A stretch of 25,708 nt of DNA from Candidatus Eiseniibacteriota bacterium (GTDB taxonomy: Bacteria; Eisenbacteria; RBG-16-71-46; JABDJR01; JAWXBZ01), in contig JAWXBZ010000018.1 of the NCBI GenBank assembly GCA_034440375.1, positions 1 to 25,708 of the forward strand, in the 5' to 3' direction. The notes below the pieces were generated by a model, which was not told the origin of the DNA, made no database searches, and saw only the letters and a program-made list of their open reading frames with translations. Shown piece by piece: positions 16,710 through 25,481 of this stretch. Position numbers and translations under genes: made by a program. Numbering within the stretch: the first letter of the stretch is position 1; every line of letters starts with the position of its first letter.

Positions 16710-18260
16710 TTAGCTGCTCTTGCGTGGCGTCCGGACCCGGGTCCCGCCGGACCCCGGGCCGCGTCGACCGCGGGCTGCCGGTGCCGGAGTGGCCGCGCTG
16801 CCGCGGGCTGCCGGTGCCGATGCGGCCGGCCGGCCGCGTCGGGTCGCCGGAGCCGCACCACTCCCCGTGGCCGGATCGGCAGTGCTCGTGCGGCGTCCGC
16901 CGCGCGTTCCGGGGGTCCGGGTCGTGGCCACCCGGGTCCGCGTCGTCTTGCTGGGCGAATCGGTGGTGGGGCGACTCTGGGCCAGTGCTTCGGCCCGGGC
17001 GTCCATGTCGCGTTCCTCCTGCGTTCGGTCGTCGTCCCCATGCGGGGCCGGCGGGCTTCCACCATCGGCCTCCATGTCTCGGGCCTCCGGCAGTTCCTCG
17101 ACGCCGGCCGCCGCGTAGCGCTGGAAACCGTACTCGTCCCGATCGTCAGCGGCGTAGGCCGGCGTCGCGGCCTCGGCAGGAATCGATTCGGCCGGCGGGT
17201 TGTAGACGGCCATCGGAGCCGAATCCGTATAGTCACCCGTAGCCGACCCGGGGGTCTCCGGTGAGCCGCCATCCGGGACGACACCGGTTGATTCCACCGA
17301 GGAGCCGATTGGAACCCCCGGCCCACTGCCCGGGGCGGCGCCATCGCGGCGGTCATCCCAACGACGTTCGTCACGACCACCACGGCGGCCACGACGGCGA
17401 CCAAAGCGATCCTCCCGTCCACCAATCTCCTCGCGGGGCCGGAAATCGCTGCGTGGGGCCGGCGTGGCGCCATTGCCGGGGCCCGCGGAAGGTACCGTGA
17501 CCTCGCGGCCGGCCTCACTGACCACGTACGTGCCGCTGCGCGGATCCGTGGTCAGTGACAGGAGACCCAATCGCTGCGCATCCTCGAGCACGTTCGAGAA
17601 GGAACGAAACCCGTAGTAGGTTTCGTTGAACTGCGGCCGCTTCCTCTTGATCGTGTCCTTGACCATCGAAGACCAGATGACTTCCTTGTTTTCACGCCGA
17701 AGCGCCACCATGGCATCCATGACCAGCGCGAAAAGCTTTTTCTTTTCGGGGGTGACGCCGCCCAGGTCAACCGAGGGCGTGGTCAGCGGGGGCCGATCCA
17801 GGTCCTCGTAGAAGATGAATTCGTCGCAGTTATCGACGAGCAGGTCGGAGGTCGAGCCTCTCATGCCGAGGCCGATGACCCGCTTGCCGTTCTCCTTGAG
17901 CTTGCTGACCAGTGGCGAGAAGTCCGAATCGCCGGAAATGATGACAAAAGTGTCCACGTGGGATTTCGAGTACGAGAGATCCATGGCATCCACCACGAGG
18001 CGGATGTCGGCGGAATTCTTGCCGGTCATCGAGCGGCGGGGAATTTCGATCAGTTCGATGGCCGCCTCGTGCAGCCCGGCGCGATAATCGCGGAAGCGGC
18101 CCCAGTCGGCGTAGGCGCGCTTGACGATGATCTTGCCTTTCTCCACCAGCCGCTCGAGAACTTTCTGGATTTCGAACCGCGGGCCGCGGCGCCCCTCGAA
18201 TCCGAGGGCGAGGTTTTCGAAATCGACGAATACGGCGAGTGAGTTTTCGTTGTCAGCCAT
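16710..18260 (-). CDS. NYN (LabA/DUF88 PIN-like) domain protein with OST-HTH/LOTUS domain and long disordered tail
   Basis: AVFVDFEN, KRAYADW, GKNSADIRLVVDAM, ISGDSDFSPLV; LOTUS-like SMVKDTIKRKRPQFNETYYGFRSFSNVLE. Confidence 0.92.
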   Translation of the reverse strand: MADNENSLAVFVDFENLALGFEGRRGPRFEIQKVLERLVEKGKIIVKRAYADWGRFRDYRAGLHEAAIELIEIPRRSMTGKNSADIRLVVDAMDLSYSKSHVDTFVIISGDSDFSPLVSKLKENGKRVIGLGMRGSTSDLLVDNCDEFIFYEDLDRPPLTTPSVDLGGVTPEKKKLFALVMDAMVALRRENKEVIWSSMVKDTIKRKRPQFNETYYGFRSFSNVLEDAQRLGLLSLTTDPRSGTYVVSEAGREVTVPSAGPGNGATPAPRSDFRPREEIGGREDRFGRRRGRRGGRDERRWDDRRDGAAPGSGPGVPIGSSVESTGVVPDGGSPETPGSATGDYTDSAPMAVYNPPAESIPAEAATPAYAADDRDEYGFQRYAAAGVEELPEARDMEADGGSPPAPHGDDDRTQEERDMDARAEALAQSRPTTDSPSKTTRTRVATTRTPGTRGGRRTSTADPATGSGAAPATRRGRPAASAPAARGSAATPAPAARGRRGPGSGGTRVRTPRKSS

Positions 18261-18506
18261 GTTTTCTCCAAGTAATGAATGGGCGGGATTTTGTGGGGCC
18301 CACCCAGGCGCGCATCCGGGCCAGGCTAAGGCCGTGGGACAGCGGGCCGGAAACGGGGGCCGGAGGGATCCGGCGACCGGCTGCGAGGTCAGGGGCCCAC
18401 CATGGGGCCGCGTTTAGTGACCGCGAGCGACAGCAGCATACGTTATTTTGGTACTGATGTCGCCCTCGGACTTGGCGAGACCACCAAAATTGTCCACAAT
18501 GTCAGA

Positions 18507-18863
18507 ATGAACACGCCATCCGAGGAACACGAGCGTCCCAACCTGTCCGACTTGCCGCGGCTTTTCCGATCCACCGTCGACCGCGGCATCGACCTGGCAT
18601 CCGCCCGGGTGGAACTGATCCAGGCGGAAATTCGCGAAGAAGCGGAACGGCGCCTGCGCCGCCTGCCGAACATCATCATCCCCGCGACTTTCCTGTTGCT
18701 CGGGTTTGCTCTCTTGAATGTGGGGTTGGTGGCCTGGCTGGCCGGGTCAATCGGCCTCACCGCGGCGGCCTTCAGCCTGGCGGGTCTCTACGTGTTGATT
18801 GGAGGGATCGGGACCTGGTGGTTCCTCCGGAGCGGTGGACTCAATCCGCCGGACGCGCCATGA
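18507..18863 (+). CDS. YqjE/holin-X-like two-TM membrane protein
   Basis: LASARVELIQAEIREE followed by two TM helices; start refined to ATG 18507, which lacks an SD (candidate TTGGCG-N17-CACAAT promoter 6 nt upstream). Confidence 0.7.
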   Translation: MNTPSEEHERPNLSDLPRLFRSTVDRGIDLASARVELIQAEIREEAERRLRRLPNIIIPATFLLLGFALLNVGLVAWLAGSIGLTAAAFSLAGLYVLIGGIGTWWFLRSGGLNPPDAP

Positions 18864-19168
18864 CGGTGAAACCATCGGTCGCGGAACTTCGGGCGCGGGT
18901 GGAAACTGCCCAGGCCGAGTTGCACGCCTCTGTCGAAACGATTACCTGCGTGATTGAGGATGCGTTGGACTGGAAGCGCGCCGTTCGAAAACATCCGATT
19001 CAGGCCGCGGCCCTGGGACTGACCCTCGGATTTCTGGTCCTCCGGGCCCCCGGGGCGATGCCGGGCCTGCTCAAGCAGGTGGGAAGCGTCGGCCTCAAGT
19101 CACTTGCCGGCGCAGGGGGCGGTTCGATCGTGAACAGCCTCCTGCGCCGATTCCTGCCAGGTCGATAA
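18860..19168 (+). CDS. DUF3618/YqjK-like small protein
   Basis: ATGA overlap at 18860-18863; ELRARVETAQAELHASVETI...DWKRAVRKHP followed by a hydrophobic helix. Confidence 0.65.
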   Translation: MTVKPSVAELRARVETAQAELHASVETITCVIEDALDWKRAVRKHPIQAAALGLTLGFLVLRAPGAMPGLLKQVGSVGLKSLAGAGGGSIVNSLLRRFLPGR

Positions 19169-19189
19169 ACTAAGCCGGCCTCGGTCGTC

Positions 19190-19450
19190 TCAGTCGTCGC
19201 GCCTTCCGCCGCGAACCAGAGCTCCCACGGCCACCCCAATGGCGAAGGAAGCCAGGATGAGGGTGCCGGGATGCTTCTTGACGAAATCGCCGACGTCGTC
19301 CGCGATATCGTCAATGTGCTTGGCCTTGAACTCACGGGCGGAGGCGTCGACCTTGTCGAGCAGTTCCTTCCCCTTCGATTTCAGGTCGTCTCCCAGGCGA
19401 TCGGCACGCGCGGAGGCGTCGTGAAGCTTGGACTCCAGTTTTTCATCCAT
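19190..19450 (-). CDS. YqjD/ElaB (DUF883)-like tail-anchored protein
   Basis: Charged helical N-terminus, DFVKKHPGTLILASFAIGVAVGALVRGGRR C-terminal anchor; SD AAGGA. Confidence 0.8.
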   Translation of the reverse strand: MDEKLESKLHDASARADRLGDDLKSKGKELLDKVDASAREFKAKHIDDIADDVGDFVKKHPGTLILASFAIGVAVGALVRGGRRDD

Positions 19451-19513
19451 TGTCCGGTCCTTTCGGTTCGGAATTGCCGCGGTACTTCGAACGAGATGGG
19501 AGTTTAACTGAAA

Positions 19514-20131
19514 TTGCCCCGGCCGCCAGTGTTTCGCAAGTCAACCGCTCCCTATCGAGTTCCGACTCCCGCGGAGGAACAGGAGCTTGTGGCGGCATGC
19601 CTGGCCGGCGATGCGGCCGCCTGGCGGCGCCTCCTCTCCCGGTACGAAACGGTCATCTGGCTGATCCCGAAGCGATTCGGTCTTTGCGAGGAGGACGCGG
19701 CGGAAGTCTTTCAGGCTGTCTGCCTGGCCCTGTTTCGGGGGCTGCCGCGACTGAAGCAGGCGGCCGGCCTGACCCGGTGGGTGTTGACCACCACCCACCG
19801 TCAGTCGCGCGATCTGGCACGGAAGCGTCGCCGCGAGGCCCCTCTCCCGGAAGAGCCGGACCTTTCGACCATTCCCGACCAGTCGCCGTCTGTCGCTGAC
19901 CTTCATGAGGAAGCCGTTACCCGCGTGGCCATCAGGGCCGCGATCGATCGGCTGGCTCCCCGGTGCGCGGAACTCCTTCGCCTGCTATATCTTGAGGCAG
20001 ATCCGCTCTCCTACCGGGAGGTGGCGAAGCGCTTCGATATCCCGGAGGGGACGGTTGGCCCGACCCGGGCCCGGTGCCTGTCACGACTCCGGGAAATACT
20101 GGAAAAAGAACTGCGGGGTAGTACGAAATGA
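19514..20131 (+). CDS. ECF-type sigma-70 factor
   Basis: LVAACLAGDAAAW, region 2 DAAEVFQAV...LTRWVLTT, region 4 LSYREVAKRFDIPEGTVGPTRARCLSRLR; start codon uncertain (TTG). Confidence 0.92.
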   Translation: MPRPPVFRKSTAPYRVPTPAEEQELVAACLAGDAAAWRRLLSRYETVIWLIPKRFGLCEEDAAEVFQAVCLALFRGLPRLKQAAGLTRWVLTTTHRQSRDLARKRRREAPLPEEPDLSTIPDQSPSVADLHEEAVTRVAIRAAIDRLAPRCAELLRLLYLEADPLSYREVAKRFDIPEGTVGPTRARCLSRLREILEKELRGSTK

Positions 20132-20225
20132 TCTGCGCATTCCACATTAGAGATGTCAGCGTGAATCGCAACGTCCATGGCCGCACGTGGATGGCCTGGC
20201 CGGCCCGAGGAGAAATCAGGTGACA

Positions 20226-20885
20226 ATGCGGGGTCCCCACTTTCGCAAGGCTCATGTCACGGAAGCGGCGTTGCTCGATCACGTCGAGCAACGGCTGAAC
20301 GACGACAGCCACCGCGACATCCAGAGACATCTCGCGGATTGCCACCGGTGCCGTTCGGAGGCCGCCGACCTCCTTCGGCTGGTCGAGGACCTCCGTGCCG
20401 AATCCCGGGATTCGCCTCCTCCGCATCTTGCCGCCTGGGCCCGGATGATTCCCGAACTGGTGGCGCCGCGGACCCGACCCGGGTGGCTCAAGCTGGTTGC
20501 CGATACGTGGGCCGATCTTGCCGGGGGGGCCTTGGCCTCGATTGTTTCTCTCCAGCCGACGCCCATGCTGCGGGGCGTCGACATCCCCCATCGTGCCGGT
20601 CGGCGGCGACTTCTATTTGCCGCCGGCCGGTTCGATCTGGACATGGAGATCGGCTACCCCGGCGCCGATGACCCGCGGCACATCCACGGGCAGGTTCTTC
20701 CCGTCGGTCAGACCCGTCACCTCTGGACGGATTGCGACGTCCACCTGACCCGGGGGCGCGCCGCCTACGCGCGAACCCGCCTGGACCGCCGGGGCGAGTT
20801 TGTTTTCCCCCGTGTTCTCGCGGGTCGTTACCATCTGACGCTCACCGGACCCGCTCCCGCTCGCACCCCTTCCTTCGAGGTCTGA
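20226..20885 (+). CDS. Soluble zinc-binding anti-sigma factor (zf-HC2/ZAS) with C-terminal beta-sandwich (carboxypeptidase-regulatory-like) domain
   Basis: H(V)...HLADCHRC (HxxxCxxC), no TM segment, C-terminal IHGQVL...TRLDRRGEFVFPRVLAGRYHLTL; start 20226 or 20187. Confidence 0.82.
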   Translation: MRGPHFRKAHVTEAALLDHVEQRLNDDSHRDIQRHLADCHRCRSEAADLLRLVEDLRAESRDSPPPHLAAWARMIPELVAPRTRPGWLKLVADTWADLAGGALASIVSLQPTPMLRGVDIPHRAGRRRLLFAAGRFDLDMEIGYPGADDPRHIHGQVLPVGQTRHLWTDCDVHLTRGRAAYARTRLDRRGEFVFPRVLAGRYHLTLTGPAPARTPSFEV

Positions 20886-20887
20886 CC

Positions 20888-23674
20888 GTGGCGCGGCGAA
20901 TGATCGGGGCCGGCAACAAGCAGGAGCCGGCCGGCAACCTGTTGGACCGCGTGGCTGTCGCCAATCGGACCAATCCAACCGAGGCGCTTCGTATGGTCCG
21001 ACAGGCGCTGACGGAAGTCGTGCCCGGCCGCGATTTCGACGGGCGGCTGCTGCGTGCCAGGCTCATCCGCTATCGGGGCCATGCCCGGCGCGCGCTCAAC
21101 GATTTTCCCGGGGCGCTGGCCGACTATCGCCTGGCACTCCGAACCTTCACGGCCCTCGGTGACTGGCACGAGGCGGCCGTGACGCGGATCGGACAAGTGT
21201 CGGCGCTTTTCTACCGCGGCCGCCACGAGGAGGCACTGGAAGCCGCGGAGGCGGGGCGCATCATCCTGATGCGCCTCGGCGACCGTCTCCGCCTGGCCCG
21301 ACTCGATACCAACACGGGAAACATCTTCCACCGGCTCGACCGGCCGGCTGATGCCCTCGTCTGGTACGAGCGTGCGCGCCGTGCCTTCCGCCGGGTCGGC
21401 GATGCCGGCGATCTGGCGCTGGTTGACCTGAATAGCGGCAACGTCCTGATCCAGCTCGGTCGCCTCGACGAGGCCCGGGCGGCCTACCACGCCGCACGCA
21501 CCGAGTTCATCCAGCGCGGACTTGATCTGGCGGTGGCCGAGGCGGACTATGGTCTGGCCTATCTGCTCTTCGTCGAAAACCGCTTCACCGAGGCTCTCGA
21601 GGCTTTCGAGAATCTGCGACCCCGCCTGGAACGGCTGGGCGAGCGACGCCTGGCCGCGCTGTGCGACATGGACTCCGCGGAGACCTACCTCCGATTGAAT
21701 CTCTGGGAGGAGGCCCTCATTCGCGCCGAGCGGGCCGGACGCCTCTTCCGTGCGCTGGAGATGCGCTATGAAGAGGCTCGCTCCGGTGCATTTCTCGGGA
21801 TGGCTCATTTCCAGCTCGGCCGACGCACACCGGCGCTCACGGCCTGGCGCCGGGCGGCGACACTATTCGAGCGCGAGGGAAACCGCACCTGGCGGGGCCT
21901 GCTGCTCCTTTTCATGGCCCGGGCGGAACGACATCTCGGTCGACGTGCGGAGGCCCGCTCGCTGGTCCTGCGAGCGCAGCCGTTGCTTCGCCCCCCGGCA
22001 CCAATGGTGGCAGCGGCCGAGGCCACGTTTCTGCTGGGCGTCATCAATGCCGAACTGGCCAGAACGCCGCGCGCACGGTCTCTTGCCCGGGTGCCGTTGG
22101 CGTCCGCATCCAGAACCGCCAGAAAACTTGGCGCGGACTGGCTGCATCGGGATGCCGAGGAAGCCCTGGGCGAGCTGGCCCGGGTGGACGGAAGGCGACC
22201 CGCGGCACGCCGCCACCTGGGGAACGCCGTGGAGGCGGGCGAACGCCTTCGTTCGATGATCGGCGGCGACGAGTTTCAGGCCGCCTTCTTCCGGGATCGC
22301 TCCCATCCCTACCTTACGCTGGCCCGCCTCGAGCTCGAGTCCGGACGATTGGACGAGGCCTATGCATGGATCGAGCGGGGCCGCGCCCGATCGCTGCTGT
22401 CGGATGTTGGAAGACTGCCGCGACGGACGGCATCTGAGGCGAACCGGGCTCGGGATCGCGCCGCGGAGCTCGAGGCCGTCCTGCGTCGACTGGCCTCCCA
22501 CTACCAGCCGGGACAGGCCCTGCATGCCGGGCAGCGCCCGGTGGCGGGTGCCTCGCGTCTCCCGGACCAGCTGCGTCGCCATCTTGAGTCGCGGGCCGAA
22601 GCACTGATGGACCGGATCTATCCGGTTGCACGGGCCCTCAGTTCACGAATCGACCCTGCCGGCGCGAACCGCCCGCTCCTGTCGGCGGACGAAGCCCTGA
22701 TCTCCTACTTTGAGAACGACGGCGTTTTGTCCGCGTTCGTCGAAACCGCCGATGGTCTGTCGCTGGCGACTGATCTTGCATCGGTGGGCGCCGTGGCCGG
22801 CGTGGCCGAACGGCTGCGATGGCAATGGGAGCGATTCCGACTTGGCGGCAGCCACTTCGAGCGACATGGTCGGCTTCTCCTCGACGATGCCGTCGAGGAT
22901 CTAAGGCTTTTGCACTCGATGCTGGTGGCCCCACTCGCGATGGCCACGACCAAAAGTCGATGGATCGTGGTTCCAGGACCGTCGATGGCGGGCCTCCCGA
23001 TCGCCGCCTTCCACGACGGTCGCCAATTCCTCGTCGAATCGCGTGAAACGGTGGTGACGCCGGGTCGGGCGGTTCTGGCGATGTGTCGGGCCCGCCTTTC
23101 CAGGCGTGGATCGGGGACACTGCTGATCGGGCAGTCGGGGCCAGGCACTCCGGAAGTCGCGGCCGAACTTCGAGCGATCCAACGGATCACCCCGAAACCG
23201 GTGCAGATCCTCAAGGGAAAGGACGCCACGGTGGCCAATGTCCGGCGCCTGGCGGGTGCTTGCCGCGTCCTTCACCTCGCCTCACACGGATTCTTCCACG
23301 GTGAGCGGCCACGACTTTCTGGGATTCGCCTGGCCGACCGATGGCTGCATGCCAACGACATTGCCGGAGAGTCGCTCACGGCAGAGTTGGTGGTTTTAAG
23401 TGCTTGTCAAAGCGGAACTTCCATGGTGTTCGGTGGTGATGAGTGGATGGGCCTGTCGCGGGCTTTCCTCAAGTCCGGGGCCGCCCGGGTCCTGGCCAGT
23501 CTGTGGGATGTGGACGACCGGGCCACCCGGCGACTGATGACCCGTTTCACCGCGGAATGGGCCCGCCCCGGCGTCCTGCCGGCGGCGGCCCTGGCAAAAG
23601 CCCAGAGAGCGTTGCTCCTCGAGAATCGACACCCCTATTTCTGGGCGGGCTTTGAATTACTGGGGACCCCCTGA
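20888..23674 (+). CDS. TPR-CHAT (caspase/separase-like, clan CD) protease
   Basis: Long TPR array; CHAT motifs VLHLASHG (His 23285-23287), LVVLSACQSG (Cys 23405-23407), GLSRAFLKSGA..VLASLWDVDD, HPYFWAGF; start refined to GTG 20888 or ATG 20900, right after the anti-sigma stop. Confidence 0.93.
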   Translation: MARRMIGAGNKQEPAGNLLDRVAVANRTNPTEALRMVRQALTEVVPGRDFDGRLLRARLIRYRGHARRALNDFPGALADYRLALRTFTALGDWHEAAVTRIGQVSALFYRGRHEEALEAAEAGRIILMRLGDRLRLARLDTNTGNIFHRLDRPADALVWYERARRAFRRVGDAGDLALVDLNSGNVLIQLGRLDEARAAYHAARTEFIQRGLDLAVAEADYGLAYLLFVENRFTEALEAFENLRPRLERLGERRLAALCDMDSAETYLRLNLWEEALIRAERAGRLFRALEMRYEEARSGAFLGMAHFQLGRRTPALTAWRRAATLFEREGNRTWRGLLLLFMARAERHLGRRAEARSLVLRAQPLLRPPAPMVAAAEATFLLGVINAELARTPRARSLARVPLASASRTARKLGADWLHRDAEEALGELARVDGRRPAARRHLGNAVEAGERLRSMIGGDEFQAAFFRDRSHPYLTLARLELESGRLDEAYAWIERGRARSLLSDVGRLPRRTASEANRARDRAAELEAVLRRLASHYQPGQALHAGQRPVAGASRLPDQLRRHLESRAEALMDRIYPVARALSSRIDPAGANRPLLSADEALISYFENDGVLSAFVETADGLSLATDLASVGAVAGVAERLRWQWERFRLGGSHFERHGRLLLDDAVEDLRLLHSMLVAPLAMATTKSRWIVVPGPSMAGLPIAAFHDGRQFLVESRETVVTPGRAVLAMCRARLSRRGSGTLLIGQSGPGTPEVAAELRAIQRITPKPVQILKGKDATVANVRRLAGACRVLHLASHGFFHGERPRLSGIRLADRWLHANDIAGESLTAELVVLSACQSGTSMVFGGDEWMGLSRAFLKSGAARVLASLWDVDDRATRRLMTRFTAEWARPGVLPAAALAKAQRALLLENRHPYFWAGFELLGTP

Positions 23675-23802
23675 GATTGGTGGCAGGCAGAAAAATGTTC
23701 GCCTACACTAACTAAGGTGAGCGGTAGCATCGCCGCCTGCCGGTTGACTCAGGGGGGTATCGAGTGTCCACGCGACTCAAATCGCTTAGAGGAGTCAACG
23801 CC

Positions 23803-25170
23803 GTGTCCCAAGACGTCTTCCCTCGCCGGTACCAACTGTTTTTGACGCGGCTATCCGGGCGCGCGACATTCCGTCTGGTTCTCGGTCTCTCCCTTGGCCT
23901 CCTGGTCGGGTGTGGCTCCGGCGAATCGACGCGCCCCTCGGCCCCTTCAGTTGGCACCACACCGACCGTTCCCGCCGGGACATGGCAGATCATCGGCGAC
24001 CTCGACCAGGAAGTCGTCGTGAGCCTTCGACAGGCAACAAGTGCCGCCGCCGTCTGGCTGGATTACGGCCTGGACCCGGTGGAAGTTCTGTCGGACGGCC
24101 GGACCTGGCGAACCTCGGTTCGAGGGCCCAAGCGTCCGGTGGGCGACCTCATCAACCAGCTGGCCAACGACCAGCGAATCAGCGATGTGGAAGCCAACGT
24201 CCCGGTGGGCTCACCGACACTGCGCCAGTCGAGCATGTCGTTTGACGAGGGATTTCCGTCCGCCACGACCTACAGGGACCAGAGCGTGCGCGACCGCCTC
24301 CACCTCACGGAGGCCCATGCCACGTCCCGCGGGTTCGGCGTCATCGTGGCCATCCTGGACACAGGCTTTGACATGGACCACCCGGATTTGAAGAGCCGGC
24401 TTCTCGGCACGGGCTGGGATTTTGTCGACCGCGATGCCGACCCGACCGAAGCGCCGGACGGCCTGGACCAGGACGCCGACGGCCAGGTGGATGAGGCGCT
24501 CGGCCACGGCTCCCATGTCGCCGGCCTCCTGCACATGGTGGCGCCCGGCGCCCGGATTCTGCCTCTCCGGGTCCTCAACAACGACGGCCTGGGCAATGCG
24601 TACTCCGTGGCGAGCGCCATCGAGTATGCCGTGAACAATGGAGCCAGCATCATCAACATGAGCCTCAGTTTTTCCGGACCGTCGGCGGCCGTTGATCGCG
24701 CGATCGGCCTGGCGGTTTCGCATGGCGTCCTCCTGGTAGCGGCGGCCGGCAATTCGGGCACTTATGGGCCACTCGACTATCCGGCATCCGATCCCCGCGT
24801 CTTGGCTGTGGCGTCGGTCGACGCCAGGGAGCAGCGCTCCAGTTTCTCGGCCTGGTCCAACGCCGTGGCCATCTCGGCGCCCGGGGAAAATCTGCTGAGC
24901 ACCTACTGGAATGGCAATTACGCCGTCTGGAGCGGCACCTCGATGGCCGCCCCGATCGTGAGCGGAACTGCCGCCCTCCTCATGTCGAGCCGCCTGGGAT
25001 TGCCGGCCGCTCAGGTTCGAAGCCGGCTGATCTCCCGCGTGGGAATGCTCCGCGGGACCGCCTACGGGATGGGGGCCGGCATCGTGGCTCCAGGAGCCGC
25101 GGTGGGCATTCCAGCAGCATTCGAACAACCGCACTACACCATTCCAATCACGGACTACAGCGGTCGCTAG
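23803..25170 (+). CDS. S8 subtilisin-family serine protease, probable lipoprotein
   Basis: Triad ILDTG (Asp 24358), GHGSHVAG (His 24505), SGTSMAAP (Ser 24940), AAAGN; lipobox LLVGC (Cys 23911); SD GAGGAG favours GTG 23803 (alternative 23764). Confidence 0.92.
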   Translation: MSQDVFPRRYQLFLTRLSGRATFRLVLGLSLGLLVGCGSGESTRPSAPSVGTTPTVPAGTWQIIGDLDQEVVVSLRQATSAAAVWLDYGLDPVEVLSDGRTWRTSVRGPKRPVGDLINQLANDQRISDVEANVPVGSPTLRQSSMSFDEGFPSATTYRDQSVRDRLHLTEAHATSRGFGVIVAILDTGFDMDHPDLKSRLLGTGWDFVDRDADPTEAPDGLDQDADGQVDEALGHGSHVAGLLHMVAPGARILPLRVLNNDGLGNAYSVASAIEYAVNNGASIINMSLSFSGPSAAVDRAIGLAVSHGVLLVAAAGNSGTYGPLDYPASDPRVLAVASVDAREQRSSFSAWSNAVAISAPGENLLSTYWNGNYAVWSGTSMAAPIVSGTAALLMSSRLGLPAAQVRSRLISRVGMLRGTAYGMGAGIVAPGAAVGIPAAFEQPHYTIPITDYSGR

Positions 25171-25223
25171 GCCCCTGGCCGCCTGTTTTTCCACCAAAAC
25201 GTCACCTGATTTTCCTGCATTTT

Positions 25224-25273
25224 GCCGCGTCGTTCCCCCACCTTATGAAGCGAAGGGGGGAACGGCACTCGGC
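25224..25273 (+). terminator. Hairpin downstream of the S8 gene (possible terminator or structural element)
   Basis: GTCGTTCCCCC (25229-25239) pairs with GGGGGAACGGC (25256-25266), plus outer GCCG/CGGC; no following U-tract. Confidence 0.4.
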
Positions 25274-25426
25274 TCAGGGCGCCCGCTCCTCCTGCCGAAT
25301 GCGCCCGGGGGTGGCATGGTTCGCGACCTAGAATTTGGTCCTGCATCCGCCCCTCGGTCGAACGAGGAGCCTCATCCGGCGAGGGTGAGTGTCTTTCGCG
25401 TCCGGCCCCTCCGGGTGCTCTTTTAG

Positions 25427-25481
25427 TGATTCGAGATCCGGCCCCGGGGATTCGGTGCCTCCCGGGGCTTGATCTGAATCA
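25427..25481. repeat. Long imperfect inverted repeat
   Basis: TGATTC-g-AGATC-cg-GCCCCGGG ... CCCGGGGC-tt-GATCT-GAATCA, about 19 paired positions. Confidence 0.65.

Noticed and set aside
18507-18863. Holin-like protein as evidence of a prophage
   Set aside because: YqjE/holin-X-like genes are ordinary chromosomal genes, and no phage genes are nearby.
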